DNA of 49,453 nt from Tubiluchus corallicola (Eukaryota > Animalia > Priapulida), in assembly GCA_030141605.1 (NCBI GenBank), contig JAQGDQ010001290.1:1-49453 (forward strand), read 5' to 3'. The position numbers and the translations under genes are program-made. Position 1 is the stretch's first letter; every line of letters begins with the position of its first letter. The notes below the pieces were generated by a model. That model made no database searches and had not been told where the DNA came from. It saw only the letters and a list, made by a program, of their open reading frames with translations. Positions 21,901 through 36,900 of this stretch are shown piece by piece.

Positions 21901-24900
21901 AGCGGCAACACTACTTGGTTGTTAATACGCTGATTTGGATGAAAATATGATACTTTTTAGTCTCCAATCCGATAATCAGCATTATACAAAATGGCAACCC
22001 CGGCCAAGAGTTAACCCTAGAAAACATGGTTGCCTCCTCGCCGAAACAGCGAAGTTATAATAATTATTGCGTTCTACATTTAAAATTTAAAAAAATACAC
22101 TTTATATGACTGTGTCAGATAAGTACATGAACATACAAAAAAAAAATTACAAAATTCCCGGCCGGATGTGCGATAGAAAAATATTACCGGGTGACTAGAC
22201 GGAAACAGAAGTATTTTTTGTTGTTGGCCTAAACACCTTCAGAGAAATAATGAAGAAGATAAACATAATTCACTTACCCATACATAAGGAAGAGTGCAAC
22301 GACAGCAGGAAAGTTTGTATTTGATGCATATGCAGGTACATTGAAGAGTCTTAGAATAACAATGCAAACTGTGCTTGGAACTAATGAGTTACACTACAAA
22401 CACAAATGAGAAATATGTACGGGGAAGAAACATAATGAAACTTTAAACACAAAAAATAACAGGATGAAATGGTGGCAATACAAACTCATTCATCATCATC
22501 CGATTTTTAATAAAAGAAATAAAATTAATGTAATGGCCACTGATAGCAACTTTGTTATTTTATTGATTACTCGAAAAACCATAAAATCAATAAAATAACG
22601 ATGGTGCTCTCAGTGGCCTTTGTGGTAATTTTATTTCCGCTAAAATTAAGATTTCTAAATAGTAAATCATTAATTTGCTTTACTTACTGACTGGGAAAAC
22701 CAGTAAACAAATAATAAATTTCAAACCCAAACATATTATTGTGAGAAAAACTTCAAATTGAAGAATTTCTATTAAATAATAACCACAAATGTTGTATTAT
22801 TAACAGAAAATATCTTCAGAAAAAAGTAGTATTCCAATCTATTGCAATGCATTATTTTTGCAATTGTAGTTTTGATGTTTTCATAATATTTATAAAACAA
22901 AGGATCAACAATAATAAAGTACTAGCAAAGGCCCACAAAAAAATTTTGCTTATAAATTCACTTATAATCAAAAATATGTAAACATCCTACATAGTCCTGA
23001 TTTATAACGCAAAGCCAGTATCAGCTTTTACTGAATTAAAGTTATAAGCTTATAGGCAGAGTATAATGGAAGACGTCAGAACAATGGCTTTGCGTCAGCA
23101 GTTTTCCAAGCGAAAATTGCCAAAAATAGAACATCTAATTAACTCGTCGGTAGTACTCCTCTTGGTGGACGAGTCCAAAAATATAGCCCACATCATCGTG
23201 TAGCCCTGTTTTTCCTCTTTCCAAAGAGCTATATATCTCCTTCCGAGAGTCGCACTAAGCGCCGCTAGAACGTTTTTTCCGCATGCTGTTTGGTCAAAAT
23301 TTCGAAAAAATCGCGAGTTGGGTCCGGGAAAATGTCCGTTACGGGACGCCGTGGCCCTCTCACGAATTCTAAATATGCCTACTACACCCACCGTTGAACG
23401 GGCTATCCGTGCCCGGCACCGCCCCAAGCCCATTCCCGTTGTCCTGAAATAAGAGGTATAAGTTTTGCAAAAAACGGCCGAAACATGGTCATTTTTGGAG
23501 GTTTTTCGCCCCCCCCCCCCCCGTTCGTCCCAGTGGGCCAAATTCGAAAAATAAATCCCCAATGGCACGACACTAGATCGAGACCTTTCGTTTGGTGTAT
23601 AGATCACCGCAAATGGTGCTGCTGTCGAAGCTGTAGCCTCGAATCTTGTCTATATACATATATATATATATACCAGTGAAATTAATAATAAAGTATTACC
23701 ACATCCCAGAAGAAGTTTGCACACCAGTAGGTTATTGGTGACACTCCACTCATCAAATGAAGGTGCTTAGCCTTCATGGAACGCTCGTAAACGAGAAACA
23801 GTACGAAACTAGCAGGTACAAATGACATCGCAATCACCACAAATATGGCTATGAGCACGTCACTTCCTTGAAGGCTAAATGATAAAAACCAAAAAACACA
23901 AGGTTGCAAATCTTAATTTTTCAAAACAGTCATTTTATTGATAAGCAAAGCAAGAAAATTACAAAAATTCACAATGAATGATCACTAACAACACTAAAAT
24001 TACATCAGTCTTTATATGTTTTACTATGTTCAACCACAAACGAGCCATCAAGCACTCTATGAGCTTGTTGCATAATTATGAATGAGTAGCTTATGTTCAG
24101 CCACACAATGAACATAATGACTGAGCCACTCAGCTAAATGGTAAGCTAAAACATTGACAGCTCAATAAAGGAGTTTAGCTATATTTGATATATTGATCTG
24201 ATAAATACCAAAAACAATTTACAAAATCATTAAAACAAAAAACAAACAACAGAAAAGTCAACGAACAAGTATTTAACTCACATGTAATCGTAAGACAACA
24301 GATCATTAGTTCCTGTCATCGGATGATTAACAACAGTAATTCCATATGCACCAGGACTGCCCTTGTGGGAAGGGATATTGCCACGTAATATGGCATTGTT
24401 CAACGTGTTCACGGCAATTGGTATAGAATGAAATCCTTTGTGGTTATACCACGCCTAAATACAAAATCTCGTGTTACAACATAAAGAATACAGAACACGT
24501 GGTTACTGTTTGTGAACTAACAAAAGCGGTGAGAGAAAAATACAATCTATATTTAAATGTTTTGGAGTTTCGTAATATCAACCCTTTAACCTGCGGAAAT
24601 TTTTTAATCCATACTCTTAATTTATTTATGTCGTCGTCGTCGGCGGCTTTCACTCGTTTCCGAGTATTGTCCTTTCGGTCGAAGTTACTAGCTGTGGTGG
24701 GCACGTTGGTGGCTTAACAGCCCGATCCTTGCTCGAAACATTCTGGTGCATTTGTCACATTGGATGGTGGGAGTTACCTGAGGTTGACGGGCCTTCTCTT
24801 TCCTTCGTTGACGTTTGGCTTCAATTGCTGCTCGTCTGGTTGTTTCAAAATGCTCAGTCCCTTCCTGGATGACTCTTCTCCACTTTGTTCGCTGCCGCGC

Positions 24901-27900
24901 TGTCTGTTCCTAGGTTTCTGGATCGATCCTTGCTGATTGCAGGGTTTCTTTTAGTTGGTCCTTGTAGCGGCGCCTAGGGCGGCCCAGGGGGCGTTTTCCA
25001 GTGCTCAGCTCACTGAAGAGGATCCTTCGGGGAAGTCTGTTTTCGTCCATACGTGCTACATGACCTGCCCACCTTAGCCGATGTTTCGTAATCATAGCTT
25101 CTATACTAGTGGTGTTGAATCTCTCGAGAACTGAATTATTGGTGACATAATCATCCCATCTGATGTTGGAAACTGAGCGAAGCTTTTTCTGGTGGAACTG
25201 TTCGAGTTTTTTTAGGTCTTGGCAGTACAGAGTCCATGTTTCACATCCGTAAAGGAGTGTGGAAACGACAATAGCATTATAGACCATCAGCTTGGTTCGA
25301 CGAGTTAGATGAGCATTACCAAAGACACGGGTTGAGAGTCTGCCGAAAGCGGCATGGGCAGCTCTAAGCCTATTTTCCACATCCTTTGTTGAGTTGCACT
25401 GGACGGAGAGTAGACTGCCCAGGTACGGGAAATGTTCAACACATTCTAGATCTGCACCATTAATGGAGATGTTACATACTGGTGTGTCTGCTTCAGGTGA
25501 TGGTTGGACAATAACTTTGGTTTTTCCTATGTTGACTGTAAGGCCAAAGCGAGAATATGCGTCACAGAAGTTGCTGACTGATTGTTGTAGGCGATTGGCT
25601 GAGTGGGCTGGTGCCGCATTATCATCCGCATATTGCAGCTCTGTCACTCTGAAAGTTGTGGTGCGGTTCCTGGCTCGAAAACGCGACAGATTGAAGAGCC
25701 CCCCATCAAAGCGGCATCTCAATTCCACCCCTGGATTGTCTGGTGGAAGGTCATGAAGCATAGCAGTGAGATAGAGTGAAAAGAGCATTGGTGCGAGGAC
25801 ACAGCCTTGTTTTAGTCCACAAGTGATTGGGAACTCTTCTGAGATAGTGTTTTGGTTGATAACACGTGCCGTCATACCATCATGCATAGCTTGTATCATC
25901 TTGATGAAGTCATCTGGAAGACCAAAACGTTGCAGGACAGCCCACATGGCTTCTCTCGGAACGCTGTCATAGGCTTTTTCTAAGTCATAGAACACGAGGA
26001 AGAGAGGCTTCCGCTGCTCACGGGCCTTTTCCTGCAGTTGTCGCGCACAGAAGATCATATCAATGGTCCCACGTAAAGCTCGGAACCCACACTGAGATTC
26101 AGGTATGATCCTTTCTGCAACTTCCTGAAGACGGTTCAAGATAATTCTTGACAGAATCTTTCCGGCAATTGAAAGCAGTGATATCCCCCTGTAGTTTCCA
26201 CACAGGTTGCGATCCCCCTTTTTAAAGATAGTGACAATGAGTGCGTTTTTCAGGTCATCTGGGACTCGTTTTGCTTCCCACATTTGAAGCATCAGGTTGA
26301 ACAGTCGGTTCTTGAGAGCAGGTCCACCATGACTGATGAGTTCCACTTGGATATTGTCGGGTCCAGCAGCCTTCCCTCGAGGCATACGCTTAATGGCTGT
26401 TTCAAACTCAATAAAGTTGGGTGGAACCGATAACTGGGGTTGCAGGGGATGCTGTGGAACATTCCTTAGGAAGTCAGCTGCTGTCGTTGAGTTCCGGTTT
26501 AGCAAGGTGTTAAAGTGCTGTTTCCATCGGTCCAGAATATCTTGGCTCTCGGTCAGGAGGGTGGTGTTGTCGGCTGACATAAGAGTTCCCACTGATGTTC
26601 TTCTAGGACCATAGATCTCCTTGGTGCCTGCATAGAAACTTCTAAGGTCTCTGCAATCTGCATGATGTTGAAGTTCTTCTGCCTTCTGTTGCCACCAGTT
26701 GTTTTGGAGCTCCCTCATTCTGGACTGACATTGGCTTTTCAGTTGTTGGAACCTGACTTTCTTCTCGGGTGACAGGGGATGCTGCTCATGGTCTATCCTG
26801 GCTTTTCGCTTGGCATCAATGAGAGCAGCGATTTCTTGGTCATGGGAGTCAAACCAGTCTTGATGCTTCCTTTCTTGGAGTCCAATTGTGCCTTGGGCTG
26901 CCTCTTCCATAGCCGTGCGTAGGTTAGTCCATTCTGAGTCTAGTGAGGTATTAACTTGGTTTGCAGTTATCTTTTGATTGAGCGCATCTCTATAGTTTTG
27001 AGACGTGGTTGGGCTTGTTAGTTTACTGATGTCATATCTTCTTCTAGCCTGGTTGTTGATGCGAGTTCTTGGTTTTCGATGCAGGCTCATTCTTATTTTG
27101 CTGATCAGAAGACGGTGGTCTGTCCAACAGTCATCAGCACCGGGCAAGCTCCTAGTAACCAAAACATCCTTCTTATGCTGTTGTTTGACAATGACGTAGT
27201 CAAGGGTATGCCATAATTTAGACCGAGGGTGTCTCCATGTTGTTTTGAAAATATTTATGAATTTTTATGAATATTTATGAAAATATTACATGAATTTATT
27301 TATGTAAGGAACAGTTAAGTTAGCTAAAATTTTATCACTACATTGTTACCTGATTATTAGTACCTTTTTGGATGTTATTATGTGCAAAAAAATTTACTGC
27401 CATTGCACTATACTTTAGCAAAATTTGTAAACTAATATCTGTGTCGTTTGTAACATTGTGCGTTACACGTATCGTTATTGTAAATGTACATGTAATTTTG
27501 TTGGTTGTAATGACAATAAAAATACGATGACTACTATTCGAGCAAAGCCAATCTTGAAAACTCTAATAATTTTCGACAGCAATAACAAAACCCCGACTCA
27601 CCCTTGCCAAATTTCGTACAGCTACTTTGCGGAACAGCGAAGGCGCATTTCGTCCAAAAAAGTCAGGCACATAGCGTTGAATGTTGCCAAACGACAACCC
27701 CAGGTACCTGTAAAAACACTTAGGTTTTTTCATCTCAATAATGAAAAAATTGTGTAAATAATGAAATGATCTTGGCACTAACAAAATAAACACATGTGGG
27801 AACTAACATAATAATAGTAATCAAACAACTACAATGGAAAATCTGAACGCGATGATAATAGATGTGATGAATTTGAAGATGAGGCATGTAGCACTCAAGA

Positions 27901-30900
27901 GGAGCAAAACTTTTTTTAATTGAGGCACTGAACCAACAGAAGTGTATTATCTCTTAGAAAGTTTGCTTTTGAGGGACTTTGGTTCAAGTAATATAAATGA
28001 CAATAAATGACCGCAAATCTTTTATTCAAACGTGCAATTATCAGTTGAAGTTTCATTCTATCAGAAACAACTCAAAGTCAGAGTCTAGAAGTTCGTTAGT
28101 GTACTTTATGAGGCAAGGGAGAAAAGCAAGAACAATATTTCAACATTTAGTCCTGAAAAACAATGTATTATTTCTAACCTTCTCAGCCGATATTGATCAG
28201 TGGTGTACAAGTAATACTCGCTGGAATTCTGACCAGTAATGTCGACCAGTACATCATTAGTTACGACTTTGTAAGTATCCGGGACAGTATACCCATCAGA
28301 TGAGCAGATGAAACCAGTCTGATCCTGTGAGCAGCTACAGTACGGATAATATCGCACATGACCCGGTTGCTCTGTTGCTAAAAATGCAAAAACACCGTGT
28401 GCTTTATCTGGAGTTAATAAGTCGTAAGCTGTTCCATACTTATTTCAAACTATTGTACATTGCATTTACTTTGAAGATATTTTGCAGCATTAATTATGGT
28501 GACAACTGTGTAGCTGGGGCCGTAAACTGCACATGGGCAAAAGCAGGAAAACCCTTCAGTAATGACATAATGACTGGTTGCATACATGAAATGATGTAAA
28601 AAAGGAGACCTCTTTTAGGAGAATCTCTTAGGAAACCAGGTAGAGAAAAAGTAGAGTGTTTTGCTGAGGGAAGCGAGCTTCACATTAGCGTTGATGAAGT
28701 ATATATTTTGACAGACGAATAACGCAACTGTTTTGTTTCATTTCGTTAAATTACACATATACTATGTTATTACATAGGCTAAGCTTAACCCTTTCACTAC
28801 TGAAGTCGGCACACTGCCGCCTATGTGTTTCGCGTAAGGGACTGAATGTGGTAGACTGTCGCCCAAGCTCAGCACTCAGTCACCGAGGTCTGTTTACTTC
28901 CCTGCTATGGCCGTGCAAAACATTGAGGAAAAGTTTAACAGAAGTGGGATTGGGGTTGCTTCGCAACAAGTAATGCTAACCAGCCAATCAGCATCTGAAG
29001 ACAGGTGCATTCCACAATATATGGTACGTTCTCACACAAACTGACTCGTTGATGGTTGGTGAAACGTATGTTTAGTGAATTGTTCTGCATTTCTTATAAA
29101 CTGGTTGCATAATAAAGATTAGTATTACGACGACTGTGAAAATTTGTTTTTAAATATAAGTACGTGTTTATTTGTGAAAGCTTGCACATGTGTGAGTGCG
29201 TGAGTAATTGCATGTGAGCACTTGTGTGTGAGTGCATGCATGTGAGCATGTATGTGTGTGCGTGAGTACAAGCATGTGAGCACGTGTGAGTGCATGCATG
29301 TGAGCACGTATGTGTGCGTGAGTACACGCATGTGAGCACGTGTGTGAGTGCGTGCATGTGTACAAATAAAAACCAATTTTCAATATTCACGTTTAATAAC
29401 GGATAATTGTTTGTTTATTTACAAGATTCTGTTTTAGTAACACACCACAGGAAGTTATTGCCAAATGTGCAAAACGCAATAAGGCTCAGTTAAAAGGCAA
29501 ATATGTAGTAAGAACCAGAATTTGGCACCGCAGGCAATTGCCAGGCTTGCCTAGTGGCAGGGCCAGCACTGAGTGCAGGTAACTGCATACATACGCATAC
29601 AGCCTGTTAATAATAAAAAAGCGAAACTCACCTGGAACAGTTGTGCTGACATTCCTGTCCAGGTTAGGTGGTGGCGCTGTTGGCACAGGTGGAACAAAGT
29701 TCTCGAACGGAACACCAGGATTGAAAACACTCATGCACCTAGGTTCAAAGAAGGCGGCCAGGTGCTCATAATTTTGTTCAGTGATGTTGATAACTAGTGA
29801 GTCGTTGAAGGGATCTATTAAAACACACGTTGCGCCAATGCCAGAAGGAAGACGGAAGGTTTCCATTAGTTCCTCAGCACTGGCGTCTTTTGACCAATGG
29901 AAATAAAACTTTTCCTTGTGGTCCTGCAATCAAATACATAAATAAAGAAAAATACGAATGTTTGTATAAATAAATAAGTACAATCGTAATAAAGCATAAT
30001 ATAGTTAAAAAGTTAAAGGAAAAATGTGCAAGTGCACGACATTATTAATGATTCAACTAATGATTACCCGTTATGAGAACAGCCATCAAAAATGTGAGAT
30101 GAATAAAATGACGTTTGATGATTAAACTTGCAAAATTTTGTAAAACATGTAAGACATTTTTATGTGGAAATCTTCAATGGCAAAACGATGTTCAAAATAG
30201 CTTGCAAGGAACCCACCCAGGATATGCATCAGTAACACCATAACTGGAAAACAACACTATAAAACCAAACCAGCACAAGGAGTATAAAACTGCATAGTAA
30301 TCTATACCAATTATCTGAAGTAATGAGAATTTACTGTATACACATGCAAATATACATTAAGAACAACCAATCATGCACTCAATGTATTACCTGCATCTCA
30401 TCTGTGTATGGAACAACATTACCATCAGGTTGCGTGTAATTGAAATATTGCGAAGGACTTAGGACCATCGGTGGAAGATCCTCTCCCATCCCCGGTGCCT
30501 CCAACGCTACCGCCATCGCGATGCAGACAAAGAAGGCGGGCAGCAAAATCTGTGTGAACAAGCCTTTCCAATTACGACGGGTATAATGCAAACGCTTTAC
30601 TAGTATAGCCCAAAACTGACGTGTACGTTTCCAGCTCTGTAACATCGGATATATTCCAGTGTAGACGATGTCTTCGTCATCTGAAATAACATACAACAGG
30701 GTTCCTACAGAATTTTAAAATAATTTTTCCTGACTTATCCCTGACTAAATATTGATTTTCCATGACCAAGATTATCAGTATACATACTCAAACATTTTGT
30801 GTATGTACATTCATACATATACTGATATATAATGTATCACACAGTTTTAGTAGTGTTAACGAAATTACACTAATCACATCAAATAAACTTTATTAATCCA

Positions 30901-33900
30901 ATCATTATTTTTGCAACAGAAATCAAAATTGGGAGCCTGCCAAGGCAAAATTTTATTTGAAGACAAATTCTTGAAAAACATGTTTGAAAAAATATTGGTT
31001 CACTGATTTTTGCAGCCCTTTCCAATTTCCCTGATTTTTCACCCCATTTTCATCGTTTTCCCTACTTTTTATCAAATTGTCTTTTCCCCTGATCTTTCCG
31101 TGACTTTTCAGGATAGCCTGTATTTTCAAGGATTTTCCCTGACCTTGGGAATTCTGATATAACAAATAATATAGTGCTGACTTTCAGCCAAGTCATCGGA
31201 TGCGTAGTAAAAACTGTCAAGACATTTTGACAGTTAATTTTGGAAACAAAAAATGTAAATACGGTGTACAAAAGTTTGCATACGACACCAGCTAACTAAT
31301 GTTTTACACAACATGTCACAGGCATATTGTATATTAGTTTTTACCATCTCTTACAGACATAATTAATTAACTATTACCATCTCTGTCCTCAGTTGGCAGT
31401 ACAGAATAGCCATTTCGTCTTCGGCTAGACACAATATCCGTAAAATCCGTCACACTGTCAAGTTCCAGATCACCTGGTCCTGCCAGCAGCCGCTGCGGGG
31501 AGCCGTCGCCGGATCCGTTAGCTGCAGGTGGATCACGAACGTCACGTATCCATCTGTTTGCAGTCTCCGCATCCACGTCTAATGCAGCATAAAATGTAGT
31601 GAATTGCCAAACTGGTGTAACCAAGATTATCTTGCTATTTTAGGCAAAACAGTTTGTGTTTTAGACAGAATAATTTTGTTTTACCGTCTCCTGCCCATAA
31701 ATATAACAACATCATAGATGTCAATGGTCAGACACTTAATCAGAATAGTTTTTGAGTGTGGTATTAATACTTATTAGAGGTCATTAATGCAAGTTCAGCA
31801 ACTCCTATGTAATTTTTACTAATTTTTGCCCAAAAGCTCTAAGGTAGTTTGATTACTGTCCTGTTTTTCATAATCTTCATTTTCACTTCCTGTGTGAATG
31901 AAAAAAAAGAAAACCTTCCTAACTCAGTTGATCATAGTAAAAACTATGCAAGTGCTTTATAACAGAATTCACATTTAAAATGTTATAGATTATGTAAGAA
32001 ATGTAAGAAATGAAAGTAGTCAATATTTTGATTGTATCTGACGTGACAACGACTTTCCTAGCCACCAGGCACTCAATAAACGTCCACATTTACACGACCA
32101 AGCAGCGGCTAATTGAATTTTTTTTAAATGATTTGTAGTTTTAGATGTTCTGTGTAGTTATAATTGTAAATGTTTTTGTAACTGTGTGTGTGTGTGTGTG
32201 TGTGTACATTTATGTAATTTATGACCTAGCTGTCGAAATAAAGAATCCAATCTAAATTTATCCGAATTTCTCTACAAAAATTAACCAGCAATGTATTCCA
32301 AAGAAACTTAAAATTTTAAATCAATATACAGCACACACAATCTCACATTCTGAGCACGCAGAGAACACTTACCATCACCATTGAAAGTACTCGTTTGTGC
32401 AATAGCTAAGAACACTTCTTCCAAGGTCGTGTCTCGTAAACCGTAACTAGAAATTTGTAGCTCTTCCAAACTCGTGTCCAAAGACTTGAATAACTTTTCA
32501 AAGTTTCCTTTCTTTAGTTCGTCAGACGGCAAGATATAGTGCAGCTCATGGCTAGTTTCTTTCTCAAGATGAGCACTGTGCACATGATACTGAATGGCGT
32601 CGGTAACAGTGTGGGTGGAACACAGAGTTTGAAATGACTGCTGTGACACTTGTGATGTGTTTAGAATGTTATCCTCGTCTAAGGATGAATTAAATGTCAA
32701 TCAGTTTTGTATTATTTTGAGTCTACTTCTAGATTAATGTAAATCAGAAATTTATAAACCAAAAAATTTTGCTATAAATTCACTGCGACCTTGTGCTTTA
32801 TGTCACAAAGCATATCAGCAAATGAAGAACATTTAATCGCATTCTTACTACACTTTTACACATTTCTTGCTCTTCTGATTAAATGTAAAATGGAATAACT
32901 TCATCTTCAGCCACATTTAATAAAGCCTTAAAGGTTTACATCACCCCAATAGACATTGAAGTGTTTGTAATGCATTATTATGATTACACAAAAAATTCTT
33001 AGTTAATTTTAAACAAAAGAAACTCGTAAATTAAATAACTTACCCTTTTCTGGGGAATTTCGAATGCGAGCATTGCTGTAAAGATCACCATGTCTTAGAT
33101 GCGAGTGAGCGAAAATGAGGAATGAGGCACAGAAAGCGTTTTTGGTTATCAATCTTTGGTGACCTCGTGACTGCACCCATAAGGACATTCGAGTCGCGCA
33201 ACGAAATTTGGCAGTTTTTCAAAATTAATACCGCTAATAACAAAGTGATAAAAAAATCAAAAGAAACAAGTTTTATGGAAAGTTCATAATAAAATACATT
33301 GAATATCCGTAATAAGAGTAGGATTTCAAGTTGTAAATTATAGCGGGGGTTTAGTTTGACATTAAGGTTACAACATTTTGAAAAACACCATACCTGTATC
33401 ATTGTGTTCATCCGTCAATGATGGTTTCTTCACGATATTTAGGCGATATCCATCTCCTAACATAGATTTAAGGAATAAAGAAGAACCACAACATCTCAGC
33501 TGCCCATTAGCAATAATGGCAATACGATCGCCTAAAATATCAGCTTCATCCATGTGGTGCGTAGAGAGCAAAATTGTGCGACCTGCAAAGTTGAAGTGAG
33601 AAAAAACATAAATGTAACCATGAAGAAAGAACTGCTTGCAGGATGATGTTCAAAATCACTTCTTTAGTCACATCAGACAATGTACAAGAGACTGAACAAT
33701 CATTAAATCGCTGGTTTTATTTTCATAGTTCTGGTGCTTAAATGAATCCCTTGGTACAGTACATAAAATATTGTAGTTCAAGTTATCAAAAACTTTGCTG
33801 TGATTTTTACAAAACTATTGCACCTTGCTTGTACTTAATAAGAAGATCCCAGATGGCTCTGCGAGCGTATGGATCAACTCCGGCTGTTGGCTCATCCAGA

Positions 33901-36900
33901 ATAACCGTTCTTGATCCACCAACAAAAGCAATGGCTACAGACAGCTTCCGTTTCATCCCACCAGACAGGTGGTCGATGGGACTGTTCCTCTTCAAAGGCA
34001 GTCCAACATCTTCAATTAACCTAAAAATTATACATTAGCAGAGACACTGTAAGAGACAATATTTTCCTGAAAGAAACTTAAGTACAGGGTAGTAACGGGA
34101 AAGGTTTTGCAAGTTGCCAAATGTTTTATAATGATGCTTTGTGCTATCCTCCAAAACTGAATAAGCCGAAATATTCAGAAATCATAAACTGTCGTCAAGC
34201 TCACGATTTATTTATCTTATTTTTATTAATTATTAGTTTTTAATTATTATCATTAGTCATATTATTACATTCTCTTGTTAAAACATTAAAAATCCCACAC
34301 AAGAAATTTCAGCTATAAAATAAGTCTATTTCTTTATATACAGTCTAAACTCTCATCCTTCATTGAATTGTTGGCTTCCTTGCTTCATGGAAAATTTTAC
34401 CTGGGCCGTTGGTTTTCAGAGATCACTTAGTAAGCATGTGACTTAACTGAGAGAACAATGTATAGTGTTATTAACGATTTATGAAAATAAAGTTCACCTT
34501 ATTCCTGATCTAGTTCCATTCTGCTTGATCTAGTGTCTTAGCAATTACCTTCAGAACTTCTTCATATAAACTAAGCGTGAGGTAGCTTTTATTAATTGGA
34601 GCTAATTTTTAAATACATTGAACATAATAACACATTTTTTATAAAACAAACAGAAACCCCTCGATCAATCAGTTTAAAACCTTTAATAAAACACATTATA
34701 CATAATTTATACTAGCAATATAAACCAATAGGACACTCTGCTTTGGGGTCGTCCATATGTAAAGATATCAAGTTTAGAATAGGTGGGTGGTAGGAAACAT
34801 GAAATGCCATCATAACGCAAGGTAGGTAGGTATTTCAGTCATGATATTGTTATCTGACTTCATGTTTTTCACATGTTCACCATGTATTTCAAAAATCTAT
34901 GAAGGCACATCTAAAGTGCTGTCATCAACATCAAAAGCAGCAGATTGCACCATCGGCAACAGTGTAATTAAAAGAACAACCAACTCGTCCAGTACGTCTG
35001 GCAGTGATGCGGAACAAGGAACAGCTGGCGGTAATCAGCCATGAGTTCAGTGAATTGGGGCAGCCACTGCCTCCATCGCACATGCCAGTAGAATCTGCTG
35101 ATGGTTTCCTGTTAATTAACACAAGTCCTTGGGGAAGAATAATTTATAAAACGTATAAAAACTACATCAATGTGATATTGATATCAATCTAAGGGGTAGG
35201 TAGATGGTGGGACATATCAAGACTTTACGAAGCCCTAGGCTGATAATTCTGTTCCACCCATTTCTATTGTGAAATTATGGTTGTTTGTGTAACGAGCAGA
35301 TTAAACAATTACTTGTGTTGTATTAGAAGCACTATTAACCTAAGTGGTCATTATTAATTGCATGTATGTGCATAGCGCTTATGTTCAAGCAGGCTGCACA
35401 ATTGCTCAGTGTATAATACTTTGCACCTGTTCGTTATGTGGCACTTATATAAAAGCTGCCCACAGTAACTGCCTGTAATGTGTAATAAAATGTGCCCTTT
35501 ACATGAATATGAAAGTATACGTATTTTCTGAGGACAATAAGAATTTTTCCTAAATGGTGACACCCTCAGACTTTCACGCCTTAGGCTGTAGCCTAGTTAG
35601 CCTATTAGTTAATACACCCCTGGTGGTGGCACATATGATAATGCAATTAGAACACAAGGCAGGTCCTCAAAATTGGCCGAAAACTTGATATCATTATATG
35701 CGGAGGGCCCCTTTCATTATACAGACCTGAACAAGTTTGAAATACCCTAGTGGAATGAATGATGAGCATAATTGGTTACAATTGAGTGGCACTTACTGGT
35801 CCATTTCTTTTTTTATTTCCTGGTAACTGAGACCTTTTAGTCGTGCATAAAACCAAAGGTGCTCTGACACGGAAAGCTTATCAAACAACACATTATGCTG
35901 CGGACACATGCCCAACGACTGCCGAATTTCATCCATTTCTGTGCGGATGTCGTGTCCATAAATAGTAGCAAAACCAGATGTGGGCGGAAACAAACCAGTC
36001 AAAATTGACCTAAAATGCACGTAAACCGAAAATGAGTGTAGGTTATGAATAGGTATTTCAGCTTCTAAAAATTCATCTGTGCCACTTCAGTTGGGAATAG
36101 CTTTAAAAACTTAAATTTAAAAGTTTACCCTAACTGTTAGTAGCTTTAAAAACTTAAATTTAAAAGCTTACTATAACTGTTAGTAGAAACAGAAAGGCGT
36201 CCATCATCTGACCGGCCAAAATCAAAATTTGGAATTTAAAAATTATTTTGAAAAATTTTTGTTTCATTTTCCGCTGAGTCGCATGCTAGATAAAAGTAAA
36301 GTGTATGACCACCCAGTAAAAAACCGCACATGTCATAAGATCTCTCGCAAGACCAGACAATATTATGGATGTTTATTGATGGTAGTGTGTGTTTTCAAAT
36401 AGAAGCCTCCCCATTTATCGATAAATAAAGCAGCTGGCATTTTAAATAGGTAGTATATGTGGACCAGCAATGATTTACCTGTCAAAATCTCTACCAGTGT
36501 ACATGCAGTATTCAAAATAAATCCATTGTGATAAAAACTACGGACATATGAATAGTTTAGTTTGTTATATGGGAGCTCATTACTTATGCACGAATTTCTT
36601 AAGAAATTTTTTTAATGGCTTAGTAAAATCTTGTTTGTTTGCACCACCCTGAGCAATCAACTAATTTGCATAGTGAAGTTACGTTTATGTATATCACTTA
36701 CATAGTGTCGATTTTTAGACAATCGATTTCCATTGTCTAGGCAATTTTTATCTAGACACTAAATAAATTAAGGTTAAGTAATTGGTCATCTGCAGCGCAT
36801 TACGAACTTGCTTTTAAGATATATGACAACTACAATAGAATACAATGAATATTACCCAGGTAAATGTAGGTAAAATATATTTAATATTTAATAAAGCAGA

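Noticed and set aside
25394-27199. Plus-strand ORFs overlapping the RTE, and similar antisense ORFs over gag and ABCA2 exons
   Set aside because: They are antisense shadows of real coding frames.
29094-29390. His/Thr/Cys-rich ORFs here and at 47404-47699 and 9046-9333
   Set aside because: They are translations of CA/GT microsatellites.
33044-33231. Possible extra ABCA2 exon with an AGG|gtaagt donor at 33044
   Set aside because: The nearest acceptor gives 32 nt (frameshift) and longer versions contain stops; the flanking exons already join in phase.
34841-35192. Coding-looking intronic stretch with short ORFs
   Set aside because: No recognisable domain or usable splice sites; possibly a transposon remnant but not supportable.
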